From positions 39,879 through 103,878 of IMG/VR virus record IMGVR_UViG_3300023179_000044: a stretch of DNA of 64,000 nt; one strand, 5' to 3'. Positions 40,229-49,335 of the stretch are shown here, piece after piece. Under the pieces are notes generated by a model. That model was not told where the DNA came from. It worked only from the letters and a program-made list of their open reading frames with translations, and ran no database searches. The position numbers and the translations under genes are program-made. How positions within the stretch are numbered: the stretch's first letter is position 1; the number at the start of each line of letters is the position of its first letter. Source of the stretch: a virus.

Positions 40229-40398
40229 TGGGACATCTCCACTAATACAATAGCGTTACGAAGTTCGGCTATACGGGCTTTGACTAGGGTAATCTGTTTT
40301 TTCTCGGTTAGCGTTTCTAGTTCAGCAATTAGTACTTGCTCACGCTTTTTCAGATGGGCTAATGGGTTGATAACCATTGGCAGTTTATTTTCTGTCAT
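40225..40398 (-). CDS. Small coiled-coil hypothetical protein
   Basis: Start revised to lie downstream of the promoter at 40443-40464. Confidence 0.55.
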   Translation of the reverse strand: MTENKLPMVINPLAHLKKREQVLIAELETLTEKKQITLVKARIAELRNAIVLVEMSQ

Positions 40399-40623
40399 TT
40401 CAGTTTCTCTATCTCTAAGGGTAGCCGTGTTGCTACTCATCAACTATAACCCTAACAACTGACAAAAGTTCTGACTATCTGACAACTACTGGAAAAAATG
40501 AAAAATGTAATCATAGGTTTCTGGCTTCTGGGCTGGTTTGGATTTGATTTGGATAAAGAAACCCCCCCTGAAACCCAACTTGGACAGGGGGGGTTTTTGA
40601 GTGTGGCAGACACTCGGCTGGAT

Positions 40624-40836
40624 TTACTTGACTTTGACCCAACGGCAAGTCGTAGCGAGCAAGTTATCGTAATCGCCACTTGTGGCTTCTACTCTATACT
40701 GCTCAATAAGTTCTGGCGACACCTTAGCGTCTTTCATTGCTCGCATTACACGAGCAAGAATAGCAAAGGCATTTCCATCTTCACCGACTAACTTGACGGC
40801 TTTGACTTCTGGCAACTTTACAGACATCTCTAACAC
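40624..40836 (-). CDS. Hypothetical phage protein (LVGEDGNAFAIL...SGDYDNLL)
   Basis: Motif familiar from small phage/MGE proteins; own unit. Confidence 0.75.
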   Translation of the reverse strand: MLEMSVKLPEVKAVKLVGEDGNAFAILARVMRAMKDAKVSPELIEQYRVEATSGDYDNLLATTCRWVKVK

Positions 40837-41034
40837 CCCACTTCCCTATCTCTAAGGTAGCCCCGTGTGGCTACATAAGTAATCTACACTTTCCCACCGA
40901 CATACCCCAACACTTTTCACCAAGATTTAGTATCTACTGGAAAAAATGAAAAATGTGTATCTCTAATCTTGCGATTTTCTGCTAAAAAAATAAACTCCCC
41001 TAGATTTAGGGAAGTTTATTTTTTTTGGTCGGTG

Positions 41035-41376
41035 TTAGAGAGTTTTCAGGTAGTCGTATAGAGTTTCCCGAATAGTTGCGAAGTAGGCTTCTGGATAAGC
41101 CTCTTTCATTAGTTCTCGGTCAAAGTGGGTGTTTCTGCCATTGACTTTTTTCAGGACTACGACACCATTGATGGTGGCTTCTAGGCACTCTCCTAGCAAC
41201 TCACGCAGGGCGAGTTCTGCTTGCTCTTTGTCTGCTTTGGCTTGGGCTTCGGCTTTTTTGGCATTACGGAAACTGGTTAGCAACGCCATACCCTCTGGCG
41301 AGAGTTCTAGCGAGTTGGATTTCTTGGCAGTTTTTTTAGTGGTCTGCTTTACACTTTCAGTTTTAGTTTTTGGCAC
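41035..41376 (-). CDS. Hypothetical protein, paralog of 36408-36761
   Basis: Shared sequence; promoter TTGTAA-N17-TACACT upstream. Confidence 0.8.
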   Translation of the reverse strand: MPKTKTESVKQTTKKTAKKSNSLELSPEGMALLTSFRNAKKAEAQAKADKEQAELALRELLGECLEATINGVVVLKKVNGRNTHFDRELMKEAYPEAYFATIRETLYDYLKTL

Positions 41377-41493
41377 TTTTTATCCTTTGTTAGTTTCGGG
41401 GTTATTCCCGTGTTATCAGTGTAGCCTAATAATCAAGATTTTACAAATAAACTCCCTAAGATTTTTAGGGAGTTTATTTGACTACTTGATTTT

Positions 41494-41652
41494 TTAGTAA
41501 TCGCTCTCGTCTGTAAAGTCGGCAGACATAGCCAACTCGCCTCTGGCGTTCATCTCGCTTTGAGAAACAACCTCATCTTTATCGCAGATGTGCTCTTGGC
41601 TCGCAGGGTAAGAAACCCAACCCTCGCAGGTCTCGCAGTATTCGTGTATCAT
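41494..41652 (-). CDS. 52-aa acidic Cys/His protein (not in the ORF track)
   Basis: MIHEYCETCEGW...HIC; GATAGG RBS; terminator follows. Confidence 0.55.
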   Translation of the reverse strand: MIHEYCETCEGWVSYPASQEHICDKDEVVSQSEMNARGELAMSADFTDESDY

Positions 41653-41850
41653 TTTTCACCTCTTTCCTATCGTGTTCCCAAACTAGCACTAAAACGGATC
41701 TCCATAAAGAAAAAAACTAGCAAGTTGCTAATCACTGGAAAAAATGAAAAATGTTATTTAGGATTTCCTAGTTTAGTTCTGGGCTAGATAAAGCAAAGGG
41801 CTAGACTACAAAAGTAATCTAGCCCTAAGTTCGCTAGGAGATAGGGGAAA

Positions 41851-42334
41851 CTAGCGAAACCTTCTCGGTGTTCGTAATCTACGATAAACCGAGTATTGAC
41901 CTATTACATAACCAGCGACCAGACAGGCAACAGCAAGCGTGATAACTGCTATCAACTCAATAAGATTAGACATCACTTCCCCCTTTCGCTAATCGCCAAT
42001 ACCAAAGCACCAAAGATTAGGATTAGAGCCAGAGAGCCACCTATAACTAAACTTTCCGTGTTCATAAAATAAAACCCTGTTATTAGAGAGTAGCACCCTA
42101 ACGCCATTAGTAAATACTTCATTACTTATCTTTTCCTATCTTTACAGCGTCTAAGGCAAACCAAATAGATACCACTACACCAAGAACCAGACCATTAGAC
42201 CAAACTTCATCTATGGTGTGAGCCTGACCAGCACCATTGGCAACCAGTAAAGCGTAAGTGATAACCCAAGCACCAGCAACTAGGGGAGTGATTAGCAACC
42301 CTGCCAATGCTCTAAAAAATACATACTTATTCAT
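41851..42334 (-). CDS. Three coupled small membrane-protein genes (42122-42334, 41973-42122, 41851-41973)
   Basis: Hydrophobic ORFs with stop/start overlaps. Confidence 0.6.
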
Positions 42335-42526
42335 TTCAGTTCCTATCTATCAAGTAGCCTGTGTTGGCTACATAAATAATTTATACCCAAATAGCAAAAA
42401 ACTCAACAAGCAACAAAAAAATAACTATCTACTGGAAAAAATGAAAAATGTAATCTAGGGTTCGGTGTTTTCTGGGCTGGACAAAAAAATACCCTGCCAC
42501 TTGGACAGGGTATTTTTAGTTTTTAT

Positions 42527-42919
42527 TTAGTAGCAATAAAGGCAGGTTGAGCCATAACAGGCGTGTTCATCAGCGTATCGTTCAGGGCAGATTTCTCTGG
42601 CTTGTTCGTGTATTTGGATAGATAACTTTTCTAGCAACCTTTTTACCTGCCACATAGATTTTAGGATTTCATCTATCGTGTTTTGGGTCTGCTCTGGCAT
42701 CTCAACTAACAGGGCAGGTTCGCCATTGGTATCAAGCGTTAGGGGCAAGTTCAGCAACTCATCTCTATACTTCTCGACCTTGCGAATTATGGTGTCTATT
42801 TCGCTGGTGTCTTGGCTGGTGTCGTAAAGAATAGCACCATAGGGGCTTTCTAGGATTTCCACCTGCTCTGCTAGTTTTTCTAGGGCGATAGCGTTGCTCT
42901 CTGCTAGGTTCTCTTTCAC
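42527..42919 (-). CDS. Hypothetical protein with C-terminal Cys cluster
   Basis: GATAGG RBS; terminator follows. Confidence 0.6.
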   Translation of the reverse strand: MKENLAESNAIALEKLAEQVEILESPYGAILYDTSQDTSEIDTIIRKVEKYRDELLNLPLTLDTNGEPALLVEMPEQTQNTIDEILKSMWQVKRLLEKLSIQIHEQAREICPERYADEHACYGSTCLYCY

Positions 42920-42927
42920 TGGGTTTC

Positions 42928-43128
42928 CTATCTCTCGGTGTTCTCGGTGTTCTTGCTTTCAGCAAGGATTTCTTGGGTTCTAGCCAAAATAACTTTTATC
43001 TGCTCTGGCGTTAGGTGAGCAAAAATAAAGCCATAAGCGTATGGATAAACTACTTCATCGCTTTTACCTGCTAACCTAAGGTTTTCTATGACCTGAATAA
43101 TCGGGTCAATGGTGGTCTGGTCTGCCAT
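42928..43128 (-). CDS. Hypothetical protein
   Basis: GATAGG RBS before the revised ATG at 43128. Confidence 0.6.
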   Translation of the reverse strand: MADQTTIDPIIQVIENLRLAGKSDEVVYPYAYGFIFAHLTPEQIKVILARTQEILAESKNTENTER

Positions 43129-43320
43129 AATCGGTGTCCTATCTGTCGGGGGCTTTTCCATAAAACAACTATAACCCTAACCACTGACGAAGCTTCACTA
43201 CTTTTTATCAAAAAAAAATAGATACTGGAAAAAATGAAAAATGTTATTACTGCTTTTTTTCTTGGACAAAAAATAAACCCCCCTAAGTTCAGGGGGGAGT
43301 ATCTTGATAACTAGGCTAGA

Positions 43321-43734
43321 TTAGTCATCTAAGGCTATTTCAGCGACCTCTAAGGTAAAGGTTGCCCAATACTCATCATGGCTAGACCTAACTACCTCTA
43401 ACACGCTGTAATCATCATTAGAGTAAAAGCGAAGTGTGAAGTCGCTATCTAGGCTAAGGTCGCTAATCAAGTTTTCAGGGTTGCTAATTTTATAGCCAGA
43501 GCGTCTATCCCAATTTAGGTTTTTAGCGTTGATTAGAATTGGAGTTTTCAGTTCATAAGAATTGGCAGTCATCCACTTTTCCAGCAAGTCAAACTTGATG
43601 TTATCTAAGTCATCTTGCCAGCAACCATAGCAGTCTTCACTAGGTTTTGATGTTTTAGTTTCTTCATCATAATCCTCACAAGAGCAAGTGTCGCTAAGTG
43701 TATAGCGAAGCGTTAGTTCAGTTTTAGTTCCCAT
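43321..43734 (-). CDS. Acidic hypothetical protein (CSC...CYGCW...SSHD)
   Basis: Own unit with AGGAG RBS. Confidence 0.7.
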   Translation of the reverse strand: MGTKTELTLRYTLSDTCSCEDYDEETKTSKPSEDCYGCWQDDLDNIKFDLLEKWMTANSYELKTPILINAKNLNWDRRSGYKISNPENLISDLSLDSDFTLRFYSNDDYSVLEVVRSSHDEYWATFTLEVAEIALDD

Positions 43735-43979
43735 AATAATCTCCTAAGTAAGTTTTGGCAGTTGCCATAAATAGAGGCTAGCAAACTTTATAAAAATAAC
43801 TCGCAACTTGGATAACTTTTTGATAACTTTTTTTCTTTATTTATTATCTAGTGGAAAAAATGAAAAATAGTTAGTAAGGTTTTTGTTCCCTTTTAGCAAC
43901 TTATCAAAATAAGATGTATTCTGCTCTAAGTCCCCCCTAAATAATCTAATAATGGAAAAAATGAAAAATAATCTAGCAA

Positions 43980-44490
43980 CTTTTATAGATTTTTACAGGT
44001 TTTTACAGGTTTTTACAGGTTTTTACAGATTTTTACAAATTTTTTATTATTTTTTACTTTTATTTTTTGATTTTTACAGATTTTTACAGATTTTTACAGA
44101 TTTTAGCGTTTTTTGGCTTTTTAGGCGTTTTAGGGCTTTTAGCGTTTTTCAGGCGTTTCGGGGTTTTAGGCGTTTTAGGGCTTCTATGGGCTTTTAGAGC
44201 GTTTCCAGCCAGAAACGGCTGTTAGACGGGTTTGGCTATCCGTCAAGGCTTCTAGGCTCTATCGGGTCTAAGGTCTATCCGTCAAGTGTAGGCAGGGGGC
44301 TTATAGGCGAGCCGTCATTTAGCGAGCCGTTGAGTTCAGGGGGCTTATAGGCGAGCCGTCAAACTGCTAGCCGTTGGCTTTTAGGGCTTATAGGCGAGCC
44401 GTTGATTTGCTAGCCGTCATTTAGGCAAGCCGTCAAATGCTAGCCGTTGGCTCGCCTAGCCGTGTTGATTAGGCGAGCCGTTAGGCTTGC
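43980..44490 (+). repeat. Non-coding tandem-repeat block, candidate origin or bent-DNA site
   Basis: ~10-bp TTTTTACAG(G/A) units 43981-44101; TTTTAG(G/C) units 44101-44197; GGCGAGCCGT / GCTAGCCGT / GGGCTTATAGGCGAGCCGT units 44295-44482. Confidence 0.85.
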
Positions 44491-44494
44491 TGGT

Positions 44495-44842
44495 TTAGGC
44501 TTGCCGTTCAGTTTCTATACTAAACTCCGTGTATTCCACGCCGTCAATGGTATAAACACCCGTATCAGCATCAACCGACACGCTTGGAACATTTATCCAC
44601 TCTGTTCCCGTTAGGCTACCCGTTTCTATCCCGAAAGATAACTCGCCATTATAGTTTCCAAGCCTGACGGCGAACTCGTAAAAGATTTGAGCAGCCAAGT
44701 AAGACGGGTCGCCAATACGCCCCGTGTTCTCTAAAACATTTCTTACTGCTGTTAGGTTGTCCGTGCCTGACCAATGCCCGTAAAAAACTACGGGTTCAGG
44801 AAAACGCTGGCTGGTGATTTCTATAAATGCTCTGTCGCCCAT
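44495..44842 (-). CDS. Hypothetical phage protein (MGDRA...Y.HW.G)
   Basis: 115-aa ORF with a familiar N-terminal motif. Confidence 0.7.
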   Translation of the reverse strand: MGDRAFIEITSQRFPEPVVFYGHWSGTDNLTAVRNVLENTGRIGDPSYLAAQIFYEFAVRLGNYNGELSFGIETGSLTGTEWINVPSVSVDADTGVYTIDGVEYTEFSIETERQA

Positions 44843-44844
44843 TT

Positions 44845-45309
44845 TTATTTGTTCTCGCTTTCTTTGATTTTGTTGAGTTGGTTTATCGTATCACGCAAGA
44901 TGTTCATAGCCCTACCATTTGTAATAGGTGCGTGTTCATTTTCTAGTGTTGCTAAATGGTTCTCCAAATCAGCGATAACTGATTTTAGTGTTGGAACTAA
45001 TAGCGTTGGTGTTAGTGTTTCCATTTCTGATTTCTCGCTTTCTGTTTCAGGGTTGATAAATGTTTCCAAGTGGCATAACTCTACCATTTTGGAAACAGAT
45101 AGGATTTTTGAGCCACCAAAAGTAATCCCTTTTGGCAACTCTATTTCACTATCCCAGTAGCCGAAGTTTGCTAACTCTATTGCCTGTAAGCAAGGCTCTC
45201 TTAGGTCTATTGGAAGTGGTGGATAGTGGTTGCCTAGTAAGTGCCAAGTTATTCTTTTATCTAGGGCTATCTCGGTGTTGCTAACTATGTTCTCGCTTAG
45301 TTTGCTCAT
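44845..45309 (-). CDS. Hypothetical protein (WHL..NHYPP motif)
   Basis: GAAAGG RBS; promoter TTGATT-N17-TAGACT. Confidence 0.7.
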   Translation of the reverse strand: MSKLSENIVSNTEIALDKRITWHLLGNHYPPLPIDLREPCLQAIELANFGYWDSEIELPKGITFGGSKILSVSKMVELCHLETFINPETESEKSEMETLTPTLLVPTLKSVIADLENHLATLENEHAPITNGRAMNILRDTINQLNKIKESENK

Positions 45310-45481
45310 TTGTTTCCTTTCAGTTAGGTAATGAAAGTCTAGTGATTTTTTTTACCCAAATCAAGTTATTTTCGGTGTGTTATCAAAAAGTTAGTTTTAC
45401 TGGAAAAAATGAAAAATCTAGTAAAAAGTTTCCAACTAAAAAAATCCCCCTATGCGAAACAATAAACATAGGGGGAAGTTT

Positions 45482-46193
45482 TTATTTTCTATCTTTACAG
45501 CCTACACAAACCCAGATAGCGTGTTCATAGTTAGGGTCAAGGTCAAGTCCAGAAGTATCTACAAAGTAAAGTGGTTCGCTGGCTAATCCAGTTCCACACA
45601 TTTCACAGGTGAAAACATTTTCGCCTTTACAGCAACTACATTTATCAAGTTTTTTGTTCGTGTCCATTAGTCCCACCCCATACAACCACAATAATAATCG
45701 TCAGTTGGCTCGTCAGGCGTGTATCTAAAAAACGCTAAGTCAGGGCTACTTGGTTTTGGATTATGAGCCCTATTAGTTTTTTCACTTCCACAGGTAGCCA
45801 TACGACCTGCTAACTGCTCTGGTGTTGGTTTTGCTGGTGTTAGTTCATTTTTATTTTCCATTTAGTTTCTCCTTAGTCTTGCTCAAACTCTACTAAATAA
45901 ACTTCGGGAATAACAGCGTCTAATCCTGTTGAGAACATACTTTCTAAACTATCGTATCCACCTAGTTCATCATAAAGAAACTCTTGGAAATCATCTGTGT
46001 ATTTGGTATCTACAACTAGCCAAGATAAATCGTTATACTCGTTTTCCCTGCTCATTTGTAGCCATTGTTCAGTTCCACGCCATAAGAACCAAACAAATCT
46101 ATCGGTGTAATCACCCTGAACCTTGACTAACTTTACATCAGGTATCCAGCCATTTAGTTCGTCAGCGTAGAAATCGTGTTTTACTTTTTCCAT
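45482..46193 (-). CDS. Three small genes: 45873-46193 (acidic), 45667-45861 (YYCGC), 45482-45667 (CxxC-rich)
   Basis: Tiled ORFs with RBS or TAATG coupling; starts revised. Confidence 0.6.
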
Positions 46194-46365
46194 TGGTGTT
46201 CCTTTCCAAGTTTGTTGATACAGATACACTAACACAGCCCACAGACATTTTTCTATTTTTATTTATTATCTAGTGGAAAAAATGAAAAATGTATTTCAGG
46301 TCTGGCTCATAAAAAGTTTGAGCAGTTTAGACACTTGCTCAGGTGTTTTCCTTTTCAGGAGTGGT

Positions 46366-46881
46366 CTAGCAGATAGAGAACCCACCAGAGTTCTCTAAAA
46401 ACTCTGCGAACTCTTTTAGGTCGTCAAGTTCCAGCGAGTAGTTAGTGTCCCAACTCTCTTTCTTGCCCTCGCCATTACAGCCATTACACCAGCCAGTTTC
46501 TCTGCCTAACATAATCGCCTGTTCAGGTGATAACTTGTGTTCTGGCATTTGGTTCTGGACACCTACTTCATCACTTCTAATACCAGTTCCAGCACATAGG
46601 TCGCAGTTTTCTAGTGGCAGACTAGCCAGATAAGCGTTTCTTTGCTCTATGTATTCACTAGCCTTGCCAGTTGCTAAATCGTCTTTGATACGCTTGGCGA
46701 GTTCCTTAGCACCTGTTTCGTCTAGTCCATCGCCATCGTTGTAATGCCCAGAAACATTAGCAACTAGGTCATTATAGTTATCCACGCAGAACTCCCAGAG
46801 TGGTCGCCAGCCCCAGACACTTCGCCTGAAATAAGCCCCTACTTCATTAGCAGGGTTTTTACCAAATACATCCATACCCAT
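46366..46881 (-). CDS. Hypothetical protein with DnaJ-type CxxCxGxG zinc motifs
   Basis: YFRRSVWGWRPLW; CDLCAGTG and CNGCNGEG; promoter TTGCGT-N18-TAGATT. Confidence 0.75.
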   Translation of the reverse strand: MGMDVFGKNPANEVGAYFRRSVWGWRPLWEFCVDNYNDLVANVSGHYNDGDGLDETGAKELAKRIKDDLATGKASEYIEQRNAYLASLPLENCDLCAGTGIRSDEVGVQNQMPEHKLSPEQAIMLGRETGWCNGCNGEGKKESWDTNYSLELDDLKEFAEFLENSGGFSIC

Positions 46882-47084
46882 TTTTCGTTTTCCTTTCGCT
46901 AGGGTTATTTATTTGATAACTGAAATCTACCAAACAAACTTCCAAAAACGCAACTTATTTCATAACTTTTTGATAAACATTTTTCTTGCTTTGGTTATTA
47001 GTGGAAAAAATGAAAAATCTTTTCTTGACATTTTTGGGGAAAAAGTTAGTTTTCCCTTATGGGAAAAACTAACGATTAGAAATA

Positions 47085-47282
47085 CTATTCAGTTTTAGTT
47101 TCAGGTTCATCATCACCAAAATCCACCAAGTCATAGGCGAGTATCTGGCGACCTACCTTGTCGTAGATGACTTCATAAATCTCTCCGTCATCTCCATTTG
47201 CTTCGGCTTCCGTCTTTGCTTCCAAGAGCAAGGCAAGCAGTAGGTTTGCTTCTGCTTCTGTTAGGCGTTTAGGGTCTTTCAT
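47085..47282 (-). CDS. Small acidic hypothetical protein
   Basis: ORF ending just before a terminator. Confidence 0.5.
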   Translation of the reverse strand: MKDPKRLTEAEANLLLALLLEAKTEAEANGDDGEIYEVIYDKVGRQILAYDLVDFGDDEPETKTE

Positions 47283-47350
47283 CTGCTATCCGTTAGTTGT
47301 TGGTCTGGTCTAGTCTGGTCTAAGGTCTATCCGTCAGGTCTGGGCAACTA

Positions 47351-47641
47351 CTATGCGAGCCGACTTGGTTGGCTGTCCGTCAAAAGTTGCTCGGCTGTAT
47401 CTGGCACTCTAAATCCCATACGCAAGCCGACTATCACTACAAGTTCAGCCGTGTCCATACCAAGACACTTGGCGATTTCATTTAGAACTTCACTACTCGC
47501 TTCTTTTCTACCCTGTTCTAGTTCCCAAAGGTAGTTATGTGAAATCCGTGCCTGTGATTTGTTTATGGTTTCTCGCAGAGTTAGTTGGTTCTTGTATCGG
47601 TGTTCGGAGATAACTTCTCCTAATGCTTGCCTGAATAACAT
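47351..47641 (-). CDS. ClgR-like XRE-family transcription regulator
   Basis: LFRQALGEVI...R....LTLRE....A.IS..YL.ELEQGRKEASSEVL..IA..L resembles actinobacterial ClgR. Confidence 0.75.
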   Translation of the reverse strand: MLFRQALGEVISEHRYKNQLTLRETINKSQARISHNYLWELEQGRKEASSEVLNEIAKCLGMDTAELVVIVGLRMGFRVPDTAEQLLTDSQPSRLA

Positions 47642-47822
47642 TTGTTAGTCCAAGTCCTTTCCGTGTTTTGAGTTGTATTCGTCAATAGCCTTACGAACTT
47701 CCACAGCGTAAGCAGGGTGTCGTGCCATAGACATCAGTAGTTTTTTCTTTTCCGTGCTGGTTAGAAAAATCCAGCGAAAGCGATACCAGAGTGTAATGAG
47801 CGTGTCTTTCATAATCTTTTCC

Positions 47823-48305
47823 TTACCTAATGAATACTACTGCTACTAATCCAAAATACACCAGATAGATAAATGGGGCAAGTCTGCCACCAATAATCTC
47901 TCGCCTACTACGCCACATAACGAGATACACACTTCCTATTACAAATGCCATAGATACAAGTGGCAATACTAGCCAGACCCAAGCGAACTTCCAAGATAGA
48001 GATAGACCCATAACTACAAATAACTTTACATCACCCATACCAATACTTTCCCATTTAGCGTGTATGTAAGTGAACACAGCAAGTAATACCACTCCAAAAA
48101 TAAGTGGCATAACTAATCCCCATAGCCACTCACCAGATACAACTGCGTAAGTAATGGCAGAGCCTAGCCAGAGCCAGATAGTAGGTAGCGTGTATTTGTT
48201 AGGAACTCTATTTTCCATAAAGTCCCAAATCAGTATTGGGATAGCAACTACGCATAAGTAGATAGCAGGAAGCGAAGCGATTATTTGTTGTTGTTGTGTA
48301 TTCAT
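47823..48305 (-). CDS. Prepilin peptidase-like (A24) membrane aspartic protease; leaderless start at 48305
   Basis: WDF...RVPN and GMGDVKL catalytic Asp motifs; multiple TM helices. Confidence 0.8.
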   Translation of the reverse strand: MNTQQQQIIASLPAIYLCVVAIPILIWDFMENRVPNKYTLPTIWLWLGSAITYAVVSGEWLWGLVMPLIFGVVLLAVFTYIHAKWESIGMGDVKLFVVMGLSLSWKFAWVWLVLPLVSMAFVIGSVYLVMWRSRREIIGGRLAPFIYLVYFGLVAVVFIR

Positions 48306-48501
48306 AAATCCCACTATACAAGTTAGGTGCGACATTTTACAAATCTTTTTTGGCGTGTTTTATTATTTAGTGGAAAAAATGAAAAATCTTATGAGCCAAA
48401 AAAACTAAAAAAAAACGCTGGTAGATAAACGAGAAAATCTACCAGCATTTTTTCACTTAGAAAGGAGTGATTATTTATTTATGGGTGTTGCTTGGTTCTG
48501 G

Positions 48502-48873
48502 TTAGAGAACATCAACTCGTAGAGTTGGCTCGCCAGCACCTTTGGCGACCCTGTAAGGTTCTAGCAGAGAGTAAAGTTCAGGATTTTCTCTCTCCAACTT
48601 ATCAAGGTCAAGTTTGGCAGGACTAGGGATAAGTTTGATAGACAATAAACGCTTACCCTTAGCGTCAGTTGCTACCAAATCAGATGTGATAGAGCCAACA
48701 GCGTCAAGAATAGCCTGTCTTGCTTGGTCAGACATTTCCTTTGCTTGCTTACCTAAATCACGACCATTACGCAGGTTTGCTACCTGCTTTTGTATGGCTG
48801 GTTTTAGAACTACTACCTGTGGGGTAGAAGTGCTAATGCTTGTAGTGCTTTGGTTCTTAGTTGCGTTTCCCAT
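48502..48873 (-). CDS. Hypothetical protein, distant relative of the 36408/41035 paralogs
   Basis: Helix, then AILDAVG...LD.DKLERENPELY pattern. Confidence 0.6.
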   Translation of the reverse strand: MGNATKNQSTTSISTSTPQVVVLKPAIQKQVANLRNGRDLGKQAKEMSDQARQAILDAVGSITSDLVATDAKGKRLLSIKLIPSPAKLDLDKLERENPELYSLLEPYRVAKGAGEPTLRVDVL

Positions 48874-48977
48874 TTGGAGTTCCTTTCGTTAGATTACCTT
48901 TGGGTGTATTGCTCTAATAGTAAATCACGATTTCTAAAATCTCGCAAGTTTATTTGATAACTTTTTGATAAACATTT

Positions 48978-49335
48978 TTAGGGAGTTTCTACCTGCTGTG
49001 GCTCGCCACACTCATAACAAGTTATGTAGCCAAGTCCGTCCCCAACAGGTGTTATCTCAAAAGTATCTACTGCTTTTAGTCCACACTCCGAGCAGTTGAT
49101 TTCAGTTTCCAGCGTCAGGGCTGTCTTGCTAGTCCGTTGGTTGCTCATACTCGTCCCAGATGTCTTGTCCGTCAATAAGGCTAAGGTCAGACCCGTTGTC
49201 CCACTTTACACGAATAGTCTTAGACCCCCACGGGTCTATGTATTCACCACGCTTTACTCCAAGCGAGCCGACTTTTAGATTTGTGTAGGGGTCGTCAGTA
49301 TGGACGAGCCGAACTCTGATTATTTGTTCCGTCAT
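48978..49335 (-). CDS. Two small genes: 49129-49335 (DUF4314-like) and 48978-49148 (zinc ribbon)
   Basis: RVRLVH.DDPY..L..G..G....D..G..I.VKWDNGS.L.LI.G.D; CSEC...CYEC. Confidence 0.65.

Larger units (their letters stand above)
36260..48334 (-). promoter_or_regulatory. Nine PafBC/RecA-NDp-type promoters (TGTCGG-N10-TANNNT)
   Basis: Perfect: 36260-36281, 36803-36824, 38203-38224, 39198-39219, 40881-40902. Variants: TGTCAG 40443-40464, CGTCAG 43168-43189, TGTCTG 46226-46247, TGTCGC 48313-48334. Confidence 0.8.

Noticed and set aside
43952-44197. 81-aa plus-strand ORF
   Set aside because: It is the translation of the box and tandem repeats. Other plus-strand ORFs containing GKNEK or MEKMKN are likewise box read-throughs.
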